DNA of 64,000 nucleotides from an uncultured bacterium (GTDB lineage: Bacteria; Acidobacteriota; Aminicenantia; Aminicenantales; Saccharicenantaceae). Where the stretch lies: the NCBI GenBank assembly GCA_963805015.1, contig CAWDSL010000024.1:577893-641892 (forward strand). Reading direction: 5' to 3'. The notes beneath the pieces were generated by a model. It saw nothing but the letters and a program-made list of their open reading frames with translations. It was not told the DNA's origin and ran no database searches. How positions within the stretch are numbered: the first letter of the stretch is position 1; every line of letters starts with the position of its first letter. This document shows positions 24,751-36,460 of the stretch, piece after piece. The translations under genes and the position numbers were made by a program.

Positions 24751-25581
24751 TCAGTAGAGGACTTTCGCCTCGCCGAGCTCCGCGATGCGCTTGTCGAGCC
24801 AGGCGGTCATCAGATCGCGCCGGGCCATGGTGGCCGCGATCTCCGCGTCGGTGAGGTACTCCCCGACGACCGACCGGACGGTCTCGGGCGTCAGGGCCCG
24901 CAGGGCGTCGACGAGGGCCCGCGGCAGGGTGGCCATGACGAAGCTCGGGCCTTCCTTGTACTTCTCGTCGTAGATCAGCCGGGTCGTGAACCTCTTCGAC
25001 GTCCGGAACGTCCGGGAATGGTCGATGAGGATGATCCGCCAGTCGTCCATGACGAGATAGTTCCGCTGGTGGCGGTCCTCGTTGGAGATGAGGTTGTCGA
25101 AGGCCCGCTGGAGGCACATCGCGCGGGTGAAATACATGGCCTTGATGCCCGGCGGATTGAGCTTCTTCTTGAGGACGGACTCCATGTCGTTCCAGGGCTC
25201 GATCCAGAGCTGGGCCGATCCCCGGCTGCCCTGGTACTCCCTCTCGACGGTCGGCGGGACCATGTCCAGCCCCAGGTGCCGGCTGAGCCGGTAGGCGGCG
25301 ATCTCTCCCTTCCACGTCTCTTTATAGCCGCCGACCCGCTCGCCCAGGACATCCTTCCAGAGGGTTCTGTGCCGGACACCGTCCTTCTCGAGGGTCAGGA
25401 TCCAGGGCTCGGTCACGGCCCGGGAGCCCGACAGCTTCTCCTGGCCGACGACCATGGCCGTCTTGAGGAAATCCTCCCACCTGTCGTATTCGGCCCGCTC
25501 GGCCTCGGTGAGCTGGGCGAAGAGCCCGCTCCAGGCCCCGAGGCAGACGAGGATAAAGAACACCCACAAAGATTTTTTCAT
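24751..25581 (-). CDS. secreted protein with PI3/PI4-kinase-like (HipA-like) catalytic-loop motifs
   Basis: I chose the ATG at 25581 (GGGGGAGGG upstream). Signal peptide: MKKSLWVFFILVCLGAWSGLFAQ. Motifs: NLISNEDRHQRNYL and IILIDHSRTF. Confidence 0.75.
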   Translation of the reverse strand: MKKSLWVFFILVCLGAWSGLFAQLTEAERAEYDRWEDFLKTAMVVGQEKLSGSRAVTEPWILTLEKDGVRHRTLWKDVLGERVGGYKETWKGEIAAYRLSRHLGLDMVPPTVEREYQGSRGSAQLWIEPWNDMESVLKKKLNPPGIKAMYFTRAMCLQRAFDNLISNEDRHQRNYLVMDDWRIILIDHSRTFRTSKRFTTRLIYDEKYKEGPSFVMATLPRALVDALRALTPETVRSVVGEYLTDAEIAATMARRDLMTAWLDKRIAELGEAKVLY

Positions 25582-25756
25582 GTGCACGCCCTCCCCCGTT
25601 CGGGAAGCCCTTCCGGGAGGAGTTTAGGACGCATCAAGGGCGATTGTCAACAGTCCCGCGGGAAGATCGCGGAGATGCCCCCGATTCTCCGGATAAGGCG
25701 CCGAGACGCGCGGCTTTTCCAGGGGTACGGGGCGTATCCGCGGCCCACGCGCGAAA

Positions 25757-25785
25757 TTGACTTCGGGGTCCCTTTCTGATAAATA
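25757..25785 (+). promoter_or_regulatory. sigma70-like promoter TTGACT-N17-TAAATA, 7 nt upstream of the secA ATG
   Basis: TTGACT at 25757-25762 and TAAATA at 25780-25785. No Shine-Dalgarno sequence before the ATG at 25793. Confidence 0.4.
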
Positions 25786-25792
25786 ATGGTAA

Positions 25793-28384
<2,592 letters not shown>

Positions 28385-28406
28385 TCCGCTGAGGCAAGGA
28401 GGAGCC

Positions 28407-29873
28407 ATGCTCGACGACAAGATCCGGGAAGCCCTCACCTTCGACGACGTCCTCATCCTCCCGGCCAAGTCCGACGTCGTCCCCCAGGACGCCTCGGTCG
28501 CGACCCGGCTGAGCCGGAACATCACGCTCAACATCCCCATCGTCAGCGCGGCCATGGACACGGTGACCATGTCCCGGATGGCCATCGCCCTGGCCCAGCA
28601 GGGCGGCATCGGCATCATCCACCGCAACCTGTCCATCGAGGGCCAGGCCGAGGAGGTCGACAAGGTCAAGCGCCACGAGAGCGGCATGGTCGTCGAGCCC
28701 ATCACCCTGCGGCCCCAGGACCGGATCTCCCGGGCCCTCGAGGTCATGCGCGAGCACCACATCTCGGGCCTGCCCATCACCGACGAATCGAACAAGCTCG
28801 TCGGCATCCTGACCAACCGCGACATCCGCTTCGAGAAGCGCCTGAGCCTGGCCATCGAGAAGATCATGACCCGCGAGCTCGTCACCGTCCCGGTCGGGAC
28901 CTCGCTCGAGGACGCGGAGAAGGTCTTCCACGACCATAAGATCGAGAAGCTGCTCGTCGTCGACGAGCATCGCCACCTCAAGGGCCTCATCACCTACAAG
29001 GACATCCTCAAGAGGATCCAGTACCCCGACGCGGCCAAGGACGGCTTCGGCCGGCTGCGGGTCGGCGCCGCGGTCGGCGTCGGCGCGGACTTCATGGACC
29101 GGGCCCGGGCCCTGGTCGCGGCCAAGTGCGACGTCATCGTCGTCGACAACGCCCACGGCCATTCCCAACGGGTCCTGGACACGGTCCGGACCCTCAAGAA
29201 GGAGTTCCCGGGCCAGGAGCTCGTCGCCGGCAACATCGGCACGGGCCGGGCGGCCGAGGAGCTCATCGATCTCGGCGTGGACGCGGTCAAGGTCGGGGTC
29301 GGCCCCGGCTCCATCTGCACGACCCGTATCATCACCGGGGCCGGCATCCCCCAGATCACGGCCGTCGCCGACGTCTACGAAGTCTGCCGGAAGGCCGGAG
29401 TCCCGCTCATCGCCGACGGCGGCATCAAGTATTCCGGCGACGTGGCCAAGGCCATCGCCGCCGGGGCCGACTCGATCATGCTCGGGAACCTCCTGGCCGG
29501 GACCGACGAGGCGCCCGGCGACGTGGTCATGTACCAGGGCCGGGCTTACAAGCGGTACCGGGGCATGGGCTCGATCGCCGTCATGAAGGAAGGCAAGAGC
29601 AGCGACCGGTACCAGCAGGACGGCCAGACGAACGTGACCAAGCTCGTCCCCGAAGGCATCGAAGGCCAGGTCCCCTATAAGGGCAGCACGACGGTCATCG
29701 TCCAGATGCTCGTCGGCGGGCTCAAGGCAGGGATGGGCTACGCCGGCTGCCGGACGATCGAGGAGCTCAAGACCAAGGCCCGGTTCATCAAGATCACCCA
29801 GGCCTCGCTCAAGGAAAGCCACGTCCACGACGTGGTCATCACCCAGGAAGCCCCGAACTATCACCTCGACTGA
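28407..29873 (+). CDS. guaB: IMP dehydrogenase
   Basis: 488 aa with tandem CBS domains inserted in a TIM barrel and the catalytic loop [11 protein letters not shown]. Confidence 0.97.
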   Translation: MLDDKIREALTFDDVLILPAKSDVVPQDASVATRLSRNITLNIPIVSAAMDTVTMSRMAIALAQQGGIGIIHRNLSIEGQAEEVDKVKRHESGMVVEPITLRPQDRISRALEVMREHHISGLPITDESNKLVGILTNRDIRFEKRLSLAIEKIMTRELVTVPVGTSLEDAEKVFHDHKIEKLLVVDEHRHLKGLITYKDILKRIQYPDAAKDGFGRLRVGAAVGVGADFMDRARALVAAKCDVIVVDNAHGHSQRVLDTVRTLKKEFPGQELVAGNIGTGRAAEELIDLGVDAVKVGVGPGSICTTRIITGAGIPQITAVADVYEVCRKAGVPLIADGGIKYSGDVAKAIAAGADSIMLGNLLAGTDEAPGDVVMYQGRAYKRYRGMGSIAVMKEGKSSDRYQQDGQTNVTKLVPEGIEGQVPYKGSTTVIVQMLVGGLKAGMGYAGCRTIEELKTKARFIKITQASLKESHVHDVVITQEAPNYHLD

Positions 29874-29893
29874 GGGGCGAAGGAGTCGCGGCC

Positions 29894-30313
29894 GTGTCGG
29901 ACATGATCCTCAAGACCATCGTCGCTTCGGCGTTCCTCCTGGCCGGCACGGGCGCGTTCCTGACCATGATGAGGATCATGGGCCGGCCGGGCGCGACCGG
30001 TGACGTGGGCAAGGGCCGGAGGGTCCACCGGGTCTTCGGCTGGCTCTACGTCGTCCTGCTCGTCCCTCTCGTTTACCTGGGCATCGACTTCATCGGAGAG
30101 ATGGGCGACGGGATGTCGACCCGGGCCGTGTTCCACATGGTCCTGGCCGAGACGCTCATCGCCGTGCTGCTACTGAAGGTCCTGATCGTCCGTTCCTTCA
30201 AGGGCTTCTTGAAGAGCGCGCCGGCCTTGGGCATGGCCCTCTTCGTGCTGACCCTGGTCGTTTACCTGATCACCGCCGGCTTTTTCCTCGTACAGCTCGC
30301 CGCCGCGAAGTAA
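29894..30313 (+). CDS. hypothetical integral membrane protein (4 TM)
   Basis: 139 aa from a GTG start, with four hydrophobic helices. No family recognised. Confidence 0.65.
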   Translation: MSDMILKTIVASAFLLAGTGAFLTMMRIMGRPGATGDVGKGRRVHRVFGWLYVVLLVPLVYLGIDFIGEMGDGMSTRAVFHMVLAETLIAVLLLKVLIVRSFKGFLKSAPALGMALFVLTLVVYLITAGFFLVQLAAAK

Positions 30314-30331
30314 GCGGGGGTCCGCCCCGGC

Positions 30332-31063
30332 TCACTTGATCCGCTTGAGATAGCCCTTCGGGCACATGGTCAGCATGAATCTTTCCCGGCTGACATCGGA
30401 GACGAACCGGTCGTCCCCCTTCAGGAATTCCTCGACCGCTTCCATCGGGCCGGGCCCATACTCGGGCCGGACCGGATGCCCGTTGAGGTCGGTGTCGAAA
30501 ACGATCATGTAGCCGCCGATGGGAACGAACTGCGCGTAGAGCTCCAGCTCTTTGAGGACGTGGTCCTTGCGATGATAGGAGTCGAGCAGGACGAGGGCCG
30601 GCCTGCCCTGGACGATGTCCGAGATCCGCCGGATCGTGTCCGGGCCGACGGAGTCCCCGATAAGGGGGATGACGCGGTCCCGGAAGACGGGATACTCCAG
30701 GGCTTTGTCGAGCTGGCCTTCGATGTCGACGGTGACGATCTTGGTCGGGGCGTTCAGGCCCTGGACGACCGACGCATAGTAGAGAGACGAACCGCCTTTG
30801 AAGGTCCCCGTTTCGATGAGGAAGTCCGGCTTGAGCTCGGCGATGATCTGCTGGATCATCCACATGTCGGTCGGGGTCTGCTGGATCGGGACGCCGCACC
30901 AATAGGTCGTGCGATGGATGCGCCGGCCGTAGTACTGCCGGAAGAACGCGGCCGCGACGCCCTGTTCCCGTTCCGCCGGGGTGCGGGCGAACCTATCCCT
31001 GACGAGGATCATCCCGAGCACGGCGAGGACCGCCGCGAGGACGAGCAAACGCCGGTTTTTCAT
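30332..31063 (-). CDS. CmcI (cephalosporin hydroxylase)-family class I methyltransferase with N-terminal TM anchor
   Basis: 243 aa. Motifs: QQTPTDMWMIQQIIAELKPDFLIETGTFKGGSSLYYA and LVLLDSYHRKDHVLKELELY. Confidence 0.8.
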   Translation of the reverse strand: MKNRRLLVLAAVLAVLGMILVRDRFARTPAEREQGVAAAFFRQYYGRRIHRTTYWCGVPIQQTPTDMWMIQQIIAELKPDFLIETGTFKGGSSLYYASVVQGLNAPTKIVTVDIEGQLDKALEYPVFRDRVIPLIGDSVGPDTIRRISDIVQGRPALVLLDSYHRKDHVLKELELYAQFVPIGGYMIVFDTDLNGHPVRPEYGPGPMEAVEEFLKGDDRFVSDVSRERFMLTMCPKGYLKRIK

Positions 31064-33129
31064 CTGTCCCTCTCCGCTCCCGTTCTCATGGCTTGTTCCC
31101 GGCTCCCGCCGGGGCGGAGGAGCGCCGGGGCCGCGAGCCAGCCCAGGAGCTCCCGATGGTTGACCAGGCGGACCTCGGGCTTCGACAAGGCGTAAACCAG
31201 AAAGGCCTCGAGGGCGGCGCGCCTGGCGAGAATGACGGACGGGGCCGGCTTCCCTTCCGCCTTGGCCGTATAGAGCTCGCTGTGGAGGCCGACCGTCAGG
31301 GGAGCGCGGTTGCCGTCGAGGCGGAGGTCCAGCGTGTACTTCAGCGTGGCCAGGAACTCCTCGGGTGTCATCGCGAATTCATTCCAGAGGTTCCAGTCCA
31401 TGCCCGTGATCTCCCCGTTCTCGGGTTGGAAATACGCCTGGCGCGTCTTCAGCGAGCCCCTCAGCCCCGGAGGAACACCGTAGCGCGCGCACGCGGCGTC
31501 GGGAGGCGCGACATAGTTGCCGATCGGCACCTCCCAAAGCCCCGGGTGAGGCCCGATCGGCGGGTCATTGGCCGGGATCCCCGCGTCGAGCCGGTACGGC
31601 CAGGCGGGGTCGCCGCGGTGCGGCCCGAGCCCCGGTCCCTCTTCGATGCTCGAATCGTAGATCAGGCCCGCCTTGGCGACCGCGGCCATGCCGTTGTCGC
31701 TCGACTCGATGAAAGGCGCGCGGAAGCCGATCAGAAGGGACCGGGAAGCGCCGATGCCCGAAGCGGGATTGGGTGTCCCGGGGACTTCCGCGGGATCCCA
31801 CGGCCGGATCAGGATGTCGATCGTCCGCTCGATCTCGGAGGCCCATTGGTCCAGCGTGAGCGGCCGGCCGTGCGGATGGCTGTGGGTGTGGACGCCGATC
31901 TCGTGGCCGCGGTCGAGCGCCTCGCGCCAGGCCCGCTTGACGAGGACCGGATCGTCGCCCGCGCCGTAGCCGCCCGAGTGGGGATTGGGCACGTCCGGCA
32001 GGACATAGCGGGTGTTGACGAAGAACGTATAGTGAGGGGCGGCCCCGTCGCAGGTCCGGCCCTCCCCCGCTCCGGACGGGTTCCGCAGCGACGCGAAGAG
32101 CTCCGTGAGATAGTGGAGCCCTCCGTCGTGAGGCGATCCCGGCAGGCCCGAATAGCCGTTGTCGTCCGAGGCGACGCAGACGAACTGGGGGGTCCGCTCC
32201 GGCTTCCCCCATTCGCGGCCGGGTCGCTCGACGCGAAAAGAGATCAGCCGCGTATGTTCGACCTCGGTCACGAAGACCGTCCGGCCGTCCGGTCCGCCGA
32301 AGCACAGGTTGGAGGGTTTCAACCCCAGGACGCCGATCTCCCGCAGGAGCCGGCCGTCCGGGGACAGCATGACGACCGTCCCCTTGCCATAGCGGGTCAC
32401 GTAGAGATTCCCGTCCGCGTCGCAGCGCATGCCGTCGAGGCCGAAATCCGGGAACGAGACCAGCAGGCGCTTCCCGGCGAGCCTTCCGTCGGACGCGAGG
32501 GCGAACGCCCAGACCTTCCTCTGATCACTCTCGCCGACATAGAGCGTCGTCCCGTCCGGGCCGACCTCGATGCCGTTCGTCGTGCCCAATCCGGAGGCCA
32601 GGAGAGTCACCCGGCCGTCTCCGTCGATCCGCCAGATCCGCCCCGTCCCGGCCGCCCAGTCGGGATCGCTGGCGTAGAGCGTTCCGTCAGGGGCCAGGGC
32701 GAGGTCGTTCGGCTGGCTCATCGCCGCTTCGCGGGCCAAGACGCGGACGGACCGGGTGACGGGATCGACGGCCAGGATATTGTGCCCCGTGTAGTCGGCC
32801 ACGAAAAGGGTCCCCGTCGGGCCGACGCGGAGGCCGTTCCCGACGCTCCCCTCCGGGAGCTCCGCGAAGATCTCGCCCCGGCCTTCGGGTGATACGCGGC
32901 CGATCGTCCCCCGACGCTCGAAATTGACGGCATAGATGCGGCCGGCGGCGTCGCAGGCGGGGCCTTCGATGCCGGGGGTGAACGTCCCCTCGGCGGTCAG
33001 AGGGGAGGCGACGAACAGGGCCCCAAAGGGCTCCCGGCCGGCCCGACAGGCCCCGAGCAGAAGCGCGACGGCCACACCGGCCAGCGCGAGCGCCCGGAGC
33101 CGCGAAGAACGGCGCGCCACGGGGCTCAC
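31060..33129 (-). CDS. lipoprotein fusing an SMP-30/gluconolactonase/LRE-like beta-propeller to a NodB-type polysaccharide deacetylase
   Basis: I chose the GTG at 33129, which overlaps the panD stop (GTGA); GTG 33120 is an alternative. Lipobox LLLGAC. SGL repeats (PEGSVGNGLRV, PNDLALAPDG, TNGIEVGPDG, LDGMRCDADGNLYV). NodB motifs ASDDNG and HEIGVHTHSH. Confidence 0.8.
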   Translation of the reverse strand: MSPVARRSSRLRALALAGVAVALLLGACRAGREPFGALFVASPLTAEGTFTPGIEGPACDAAGRIYAVNFERRGTIGRVSPEGRGEIFAELPEGSVGNGLRVGPTGTLFVADYTGHNILAVDPVTRSVRVLAREAAMSQPNDLALAPDGTLYASDPDWAAGTGRIWRIDGDGRVTLLASGLGTTNGIEVGPDGTTLYVGESDQRKVWAFALASDGRLAGKRLLVSFPDFGLDGMRCDADGNLYVTRYGKGTVVMLSPDGRLLREIGVLGLKPSNLCFGGPDGRTVFVTEVEHTRLISFRVERPGREWGKPERTPQFVCVASDDNGYSGLPGSPHDGGLHYLTELFASLRNPSGAGEGRTCDGAAPHYTFFVNTRYVLPDVPNPHSGGYGAGDDPVLVKRAWREALDRGHEIGVHTHSHPHGRPLTLDQWASEIERTIDILIRPWDPAEVPGTPNPASGIGASRSLLIGFRAPFIESSDNGMAAVAKAGLIYDSSIEEGPGLGPHRGDPAWPYRLDAGIPANDPPIGPHPGLWEVPIGNYVAPPDAACARYGVPPGLRGSLKTRQAYFQPENGEITGMDWNLWNEFAMTPEEFLATLKYTLDLRLDGNRAPLTVGLHSELYTAKAEGKPAPSVILARRAALEAFLVYALSKPEVRLVNHRELLGWLAAPALLRPGGSREQAMRTGAERDR

Positions 33130-33482
33130 TTGATCCCGGCGATGCGGTTGCCCTCGTCCATCAGCACGACCCGGGGCGCGAAACGCTCCATCTCGGCCCC
33201 GTCCATGTAGCCGTAGGCGGCGATGATGATGATGTTGCCGACCGCGACCTTGTGGCCGGCGGCGCCGAAGACGCCGACCGCCCGGGAACCCTTCTCGCCC
33301 TGGATGAGGTAGGTCGTAAAGCGCTTGCCGTTCGTGACGTTCCAGACCTCGATCCTCTCGTAGGGCCGGAGGCCGGCGGCTTCCAGGAGGTCCGCGTCGA
33401 GGGATAGGCTGCCCTCGTAGCCGATGTCGACATGGGTCACCGTGGCCCGGTGGATCTTGGCGCGCAGGAAAGCTCGGAGCAT
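33126..33482 (-). CDS. panD: aspartate 1-decarboxylase
   Basis: 118 aa: MLRAFLRAKIHRATVTHVDIGYEGSLSLD, including the Gly-Ser self-processing site. Confidence 0.95.
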   Translation of the reverse strand: MLRAFLRAKIHRATVTHVDIGYEGSLSLDADLLEAAGLRPYERIEVWNVTNGKRFTTYLIQGEKGSRAVGVFGAAGHKVAVGNIIIIAAYGYMDGAEMERFAPRVVLMDEGNRIAGIK

Positions 33483-33494
33483 GGGGCACTCTCC

Positions 33495-34340
33495 TCAGGC
33501 GGTCACGCGGACGTTATCGATGAGCCGGGTCGGGCCGATGAAGACGGCCAGAGCGACGAGAACGTCGCCGCGCATTTCCGTCACGGGCTCGAGCGTTTCC
33601 GGATCGACGGCCGCGACGTAATCGACCCGGGCCAGCGGCTCGGCTTCGAGGACGGCGCGGATGCCGGCGACGATCTTGGCGGCGTCCCTCTCCCCCGCCG
33701 TGACGGCCCGCTCGGCTCCGCGCAGGCCGATCGAGAGGGCCAGGGCGGCCTGCCGCTCCTCGGCCGATAGGTAGGCGTTGCGCGAGCTCAAGGCCAGGCC
33801 GTCGGGCTCGCGGACGAGCGGACAGGTCACCACCTCGACATCGAGGTCCAGGTCCCGGGCCAGCCGCCGGATGATCAGAACCTGCTGGGCGTCCTTGGCC
33901 CCGAAGAAGGCCAGGTCGGGACTGACCATCTCGAAGAGCTTCAGGACGACGGTCGCCACGCCCTTGAAGTGCCCCGGCCGGGACCGGCCGCAGAGCTTGT
34001 CCTGGAGCCCCTCGACCTCGACGAAGGTCCGGTAGCCGGGAGGATAGACCTCCGCCGCGGCCGGATGGAAGAGGACGTCGACACCCGCCTTCTCCAGGTA
34101 GGCCGCGTCCTTCTCCAGGTCCCGCGGATACTTCGCAAGATCCTCGTTCGGGCCGAACTGGGTGGGATTGACGAAGATGCTGACGACCGTGGCGCCGGCC
34201 CGCCTCTTCGACTCCCTTACCAGGCTGAGATGGCCCTCATGGAGGTAGCCCATGGTGGGGACGAGGCCGATCGTCCGGCCCGCGCTCCGCCACTCGCGGG
34301 AGAGGGCCTTCATCCCGGCGACGCTTTCGACGATCCTCAT
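33495..34340 (-). CDS. panC: pantoate--beta-alanine ligase
   Basis: 281 aa with PTMGYLHEGHLSL and SIFVNPTQF motifs. Confidence 0.95.
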   Translation of the reverse strand: MRIVESVAGMKALSREWRSAGRTIGLVPTMGYLHEGHLSLVRESKRRAGATVVSIFVNPTQFGPNEDLAKYPRDLEKDAAYLEKAGVDVLFHPAAAEVYPPGYRTFVEVEGLQDKLCGRSRPGHFKGVATVVLKLFEMVSPDLAFFGAKDAQQVLIIRRLARDLDLDVEVVTCPLVREPDGLALSSRNAYLSAEERQAALALSIGLRGAERAVTAGERDAAKIVAGIRAVLEAEPLARVDYVAAVDPETLEPVTEMRGDVLVALAVFIGPTRLIDNVRVTA

Positions 34341-35227
34341 CGCCGGGCCCCGCCCTTGGCCGCCCGCCGCGTCTTCTTAGGCGCCAGTTCGGCGGCGACC
34401 TCGGGCCGGAGGTGGTAGGAGGTCGCGTCGTCCGGGAAACGGCCAGCCCGGACGTCGGCGGCGTAGGCCCCGACGGCCACGCCCATGACGCCGTTGAGGT
34501 CGGCGTACCGGCGGACGAACTTGGGCATGTACCCGGTCGAGTAGCCCATGACATCGTGGAAGACAAGGATCTGGCCGTCGCAGGCCGGCCCGGCGCCGAT
34601 GCCGACGGTCGGGATGCCGACGGCCCGGGTGACCAGGGCGGCCACCTCGACGGGGACCGACTCGAGCACGACGGCGAAGGCGCCGGCCTGTTCCAGTCCC
34701 TGGGCCTCCTCGACGATGCGCCGGGCCTCGGCGGCCAGCTTGCCTCGGACCTTGTAGCGGCCCAGGCTGAGGATGGACTGCGGGGTCAGCCCGACGTGCC
34801 CCATGACCGGGATCTCGGCCTCGACCATGGCCTTGACGAGCTTGAGGCGCTTGGCGGAAGCCCCCTCGATCTTGACCGCGGAGGCCCCGCCTTCCTTGAG
34901 GAATCGGGAGGCGTTGCGGATCGTCTCGTCGGCGCCGAGGTGGAACGAGAAATAGGGCATGTCGCCGACGACCAGGGCCCGGCGGACCGCCCGGGTCACG
35001 GCCCGGGTGTGGTGGAGCATCTCGTCCATCGTCACCGGCACGGTGTTCTCGTAGCCCAGGACGACCATGCCCAGCGAGTCCCCGACCAGGATGAGGTCGA
35101 CGCCGCGCTCGTCGAGGATGCGGGCGGTCGGGAAGTCGTAGGCCGTCAGACAGACGATCTTGGGCCCCACGGCCTTGCGGGCCTGGAGCGAGGGGATGGT
35201 GGTCTTTTCGACCGGCGAATCGGCCAT
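34337..35227 (-). CDS. panB: 3-methyl-2-oxobutanoate hydroxymethyltransferase
   Basis: 296 aa. Motifs: CLTAYDFPTARILDE, LVGDSLGMV, VKIEG. Overlaps panC by 4 nt. Confidence 0.95.
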   Translation of the reverse strand: MADSPVEKTTIPSLQARKAVGPKIVCLTAYDFPTARILDERGVDLILVGDSLGMVVLGYENTVPVTMDEMLHHTRAVTRAVRRALVVGDMPYFSFHLGADETIRNASRFLKEGGASAVKIEGASAKRLKLVKAMVEAEIPVMGHVGLTPQSILSLGRYKVRGKLAAEARRIVEEAQGLEQAGAFAVVLESVPVEVAALVTRAVGIPTVGIGAGPACDGQILVFHDVMGYSTGYMPKFVRRYADLNGVMGVAVGAYAADVRAGRFPDDATSYHLRPEVAAELAPKKTRRAAKGGARR

Positions 35228-35344
35228 TGTCCGTCCTTTCTCCCCACCCCGGCTTGTCCCCGGGGTTGAGGTAAAGCCGCGTTCCGTATCGGAGCGTCCG
35301 GTCCCTGCCCCGCGCTTCGCGGGGTCCGGGCCGTATCGGTGCCC

Positions 35345-36022
35345 CTAACCCTTCTTCAAGCCTTTGCCCCCGTAGCTCTGGGGGACGTAGTAAAGCGAGC
35401 TCTTCTTCATGTCGCGGAGCTGGTCGATGAGATCGAGGACGTCCTCCTCGCGGCCGAAGTCGATGTCGTCCGCCTTGACCACCAGGAGGGGCGCTCCCTG
35501 ATAATTGAAGAAGAAGTAATCGAAGGCCTCGACGATGTCCTCGAGGTACTTCTCGGAGATGTTCTTCTCTATGGAGTCGCCTTCCTTGGCGATGCGCCGC
35601 GTGAGCGACCCCAGCGAGATCTGCAGGTAGATCACCAGGTCGGGCTTGGGGACGCGCTCGGACAGGATGCCGTAGATCTTCTCGTAGACGAGCAGCTCGT
35701 CGTCGGAGAGCGTCTGGTAGGCGTAGATCTTGTCCTTCTCGAAGAGATAATCGCATATGATCCGGTCGACGAACAGGTCTCTCTGGAGGAGGCGCGTCTG
35801 CTGGTTGTAACGGTTGGCCAGGAAGACGAGCTGGGTCAGGAAGGCCGAACCCTCCCGCTCGTTATAGAAGTCCTTTACGTAAGGGTTGCCGACGTTGTCC
35901 AAGACGACCTTGCCGCCGATCCGCTGGGCCAGGACGTTGGCCAACTGGGTCTTCTTCGAGCGGAACACGCCCTCGACGGCGATGTGCTTGAACGGGATCT
36001 CGAGGGCGCTCTTCATGGCCAT
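35345..36022 (-). CDS. deoxynucleoside-kinase-family protein with non-canonical P-loop
   Basis: 225 aa with dNK-like fold motifs (DRIICDYLFEKD, PDLVIYLQ). Walker A reads GVFRSKKT where the family normally has GxxGxGKT. Confidence 0.75.
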   Translation of the reverse strand: MAMKSALEIPFKHIAVEGVFRSKKTQLANVLAQRIGGKVVLDNVGNPYVKDFYNEREGSAFLTQLVFLANRYNQQTRLLQRDLFVDRIICDYLFEKDKIYAYQTLSDDELLVYEKIYGILSERVPKPDLVIYLQISLGSLTRRIAKEGDSIEKNISEKYLEDIVEAFDYFFFNYQGAPLLVVKADDIDFGREEDVLDLIDQLRDMKKSSLYYVPQSYGGKGLKKG

Positions 36023-36097
36023 GGGTGAGCCGACTAGGTTATAGCCGAACTCTGACTGTAAGTCAACGGCCGCGGGACGCCCCGGGCCGCCCCTCCT

Positions 36098-36304
36098 CTA
36101 AGCCCGGGGGGCGGGCTGCCCCTGGGGCACCACGATCCAGGCGACGATATAGAAGAAGGTCAAGGGCAGGATCGCGGTGACGAAGGCCAGCCCGACCAGG
36201 AGCAAGCGGACGATCGAGACGTCGACGTCGAAATATTCGGCCAGGCCGCCGCAAACGCCGCCGAGCATCTTCTGGCTCGCCGAACGGTAGAGCTTTTTAG
36301 CCAT
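36098..36304 (-). CDS. PspC-domain membrane protein
   Basis: 68 aa: [33 protein letters not shown] followed by a TM helix. Confidence 0.85.
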   Translation of the reverse strand: MAKKLYRSASQKMLGGVCGGLAEYFDVDVSIVRLLLVGLAFVTAILPLTFFYIVAWIVVPQGQPAPRA

Positions 36305-36395
36305 GTCGGATCTCCTCTCTGAGGGGGCCCGCCGGCCCCGTCACCTCATTATACGGAAATCGCGGCACGTTCGCCCGTTTTTCCCCTATAAATCC

Positions 36396-36424
36396 TTGAC
36401 TAAAAAAGCCCCTCCGTTTAGGAT
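36396..36424 (+). promoter_or_regulatory. sigma70-like promoter TTGACT-N17-TAGGAT upstream of the AOR operon
   Basis: TTGACT at 36396-36401 and TAGGAT at 36419-36424. The ATG is at 36461, preceded by GGAGGG. Confidence 0.4.
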
Positions 36425-36460
36425 TGAGGGGGTATTTTTATCATTCCGGAGGGCGCACAT

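Noticed and set aside
33130-33489. N-terminal 120 codons of the 809-aa ORF 31060..33489
   Set aside because: This stretch overlaps panD in another frame and is Arg/Pro/Gly-rich. A GTG at 33129 followed immediately by a lipoprotein signal peptide gives a sensible start.
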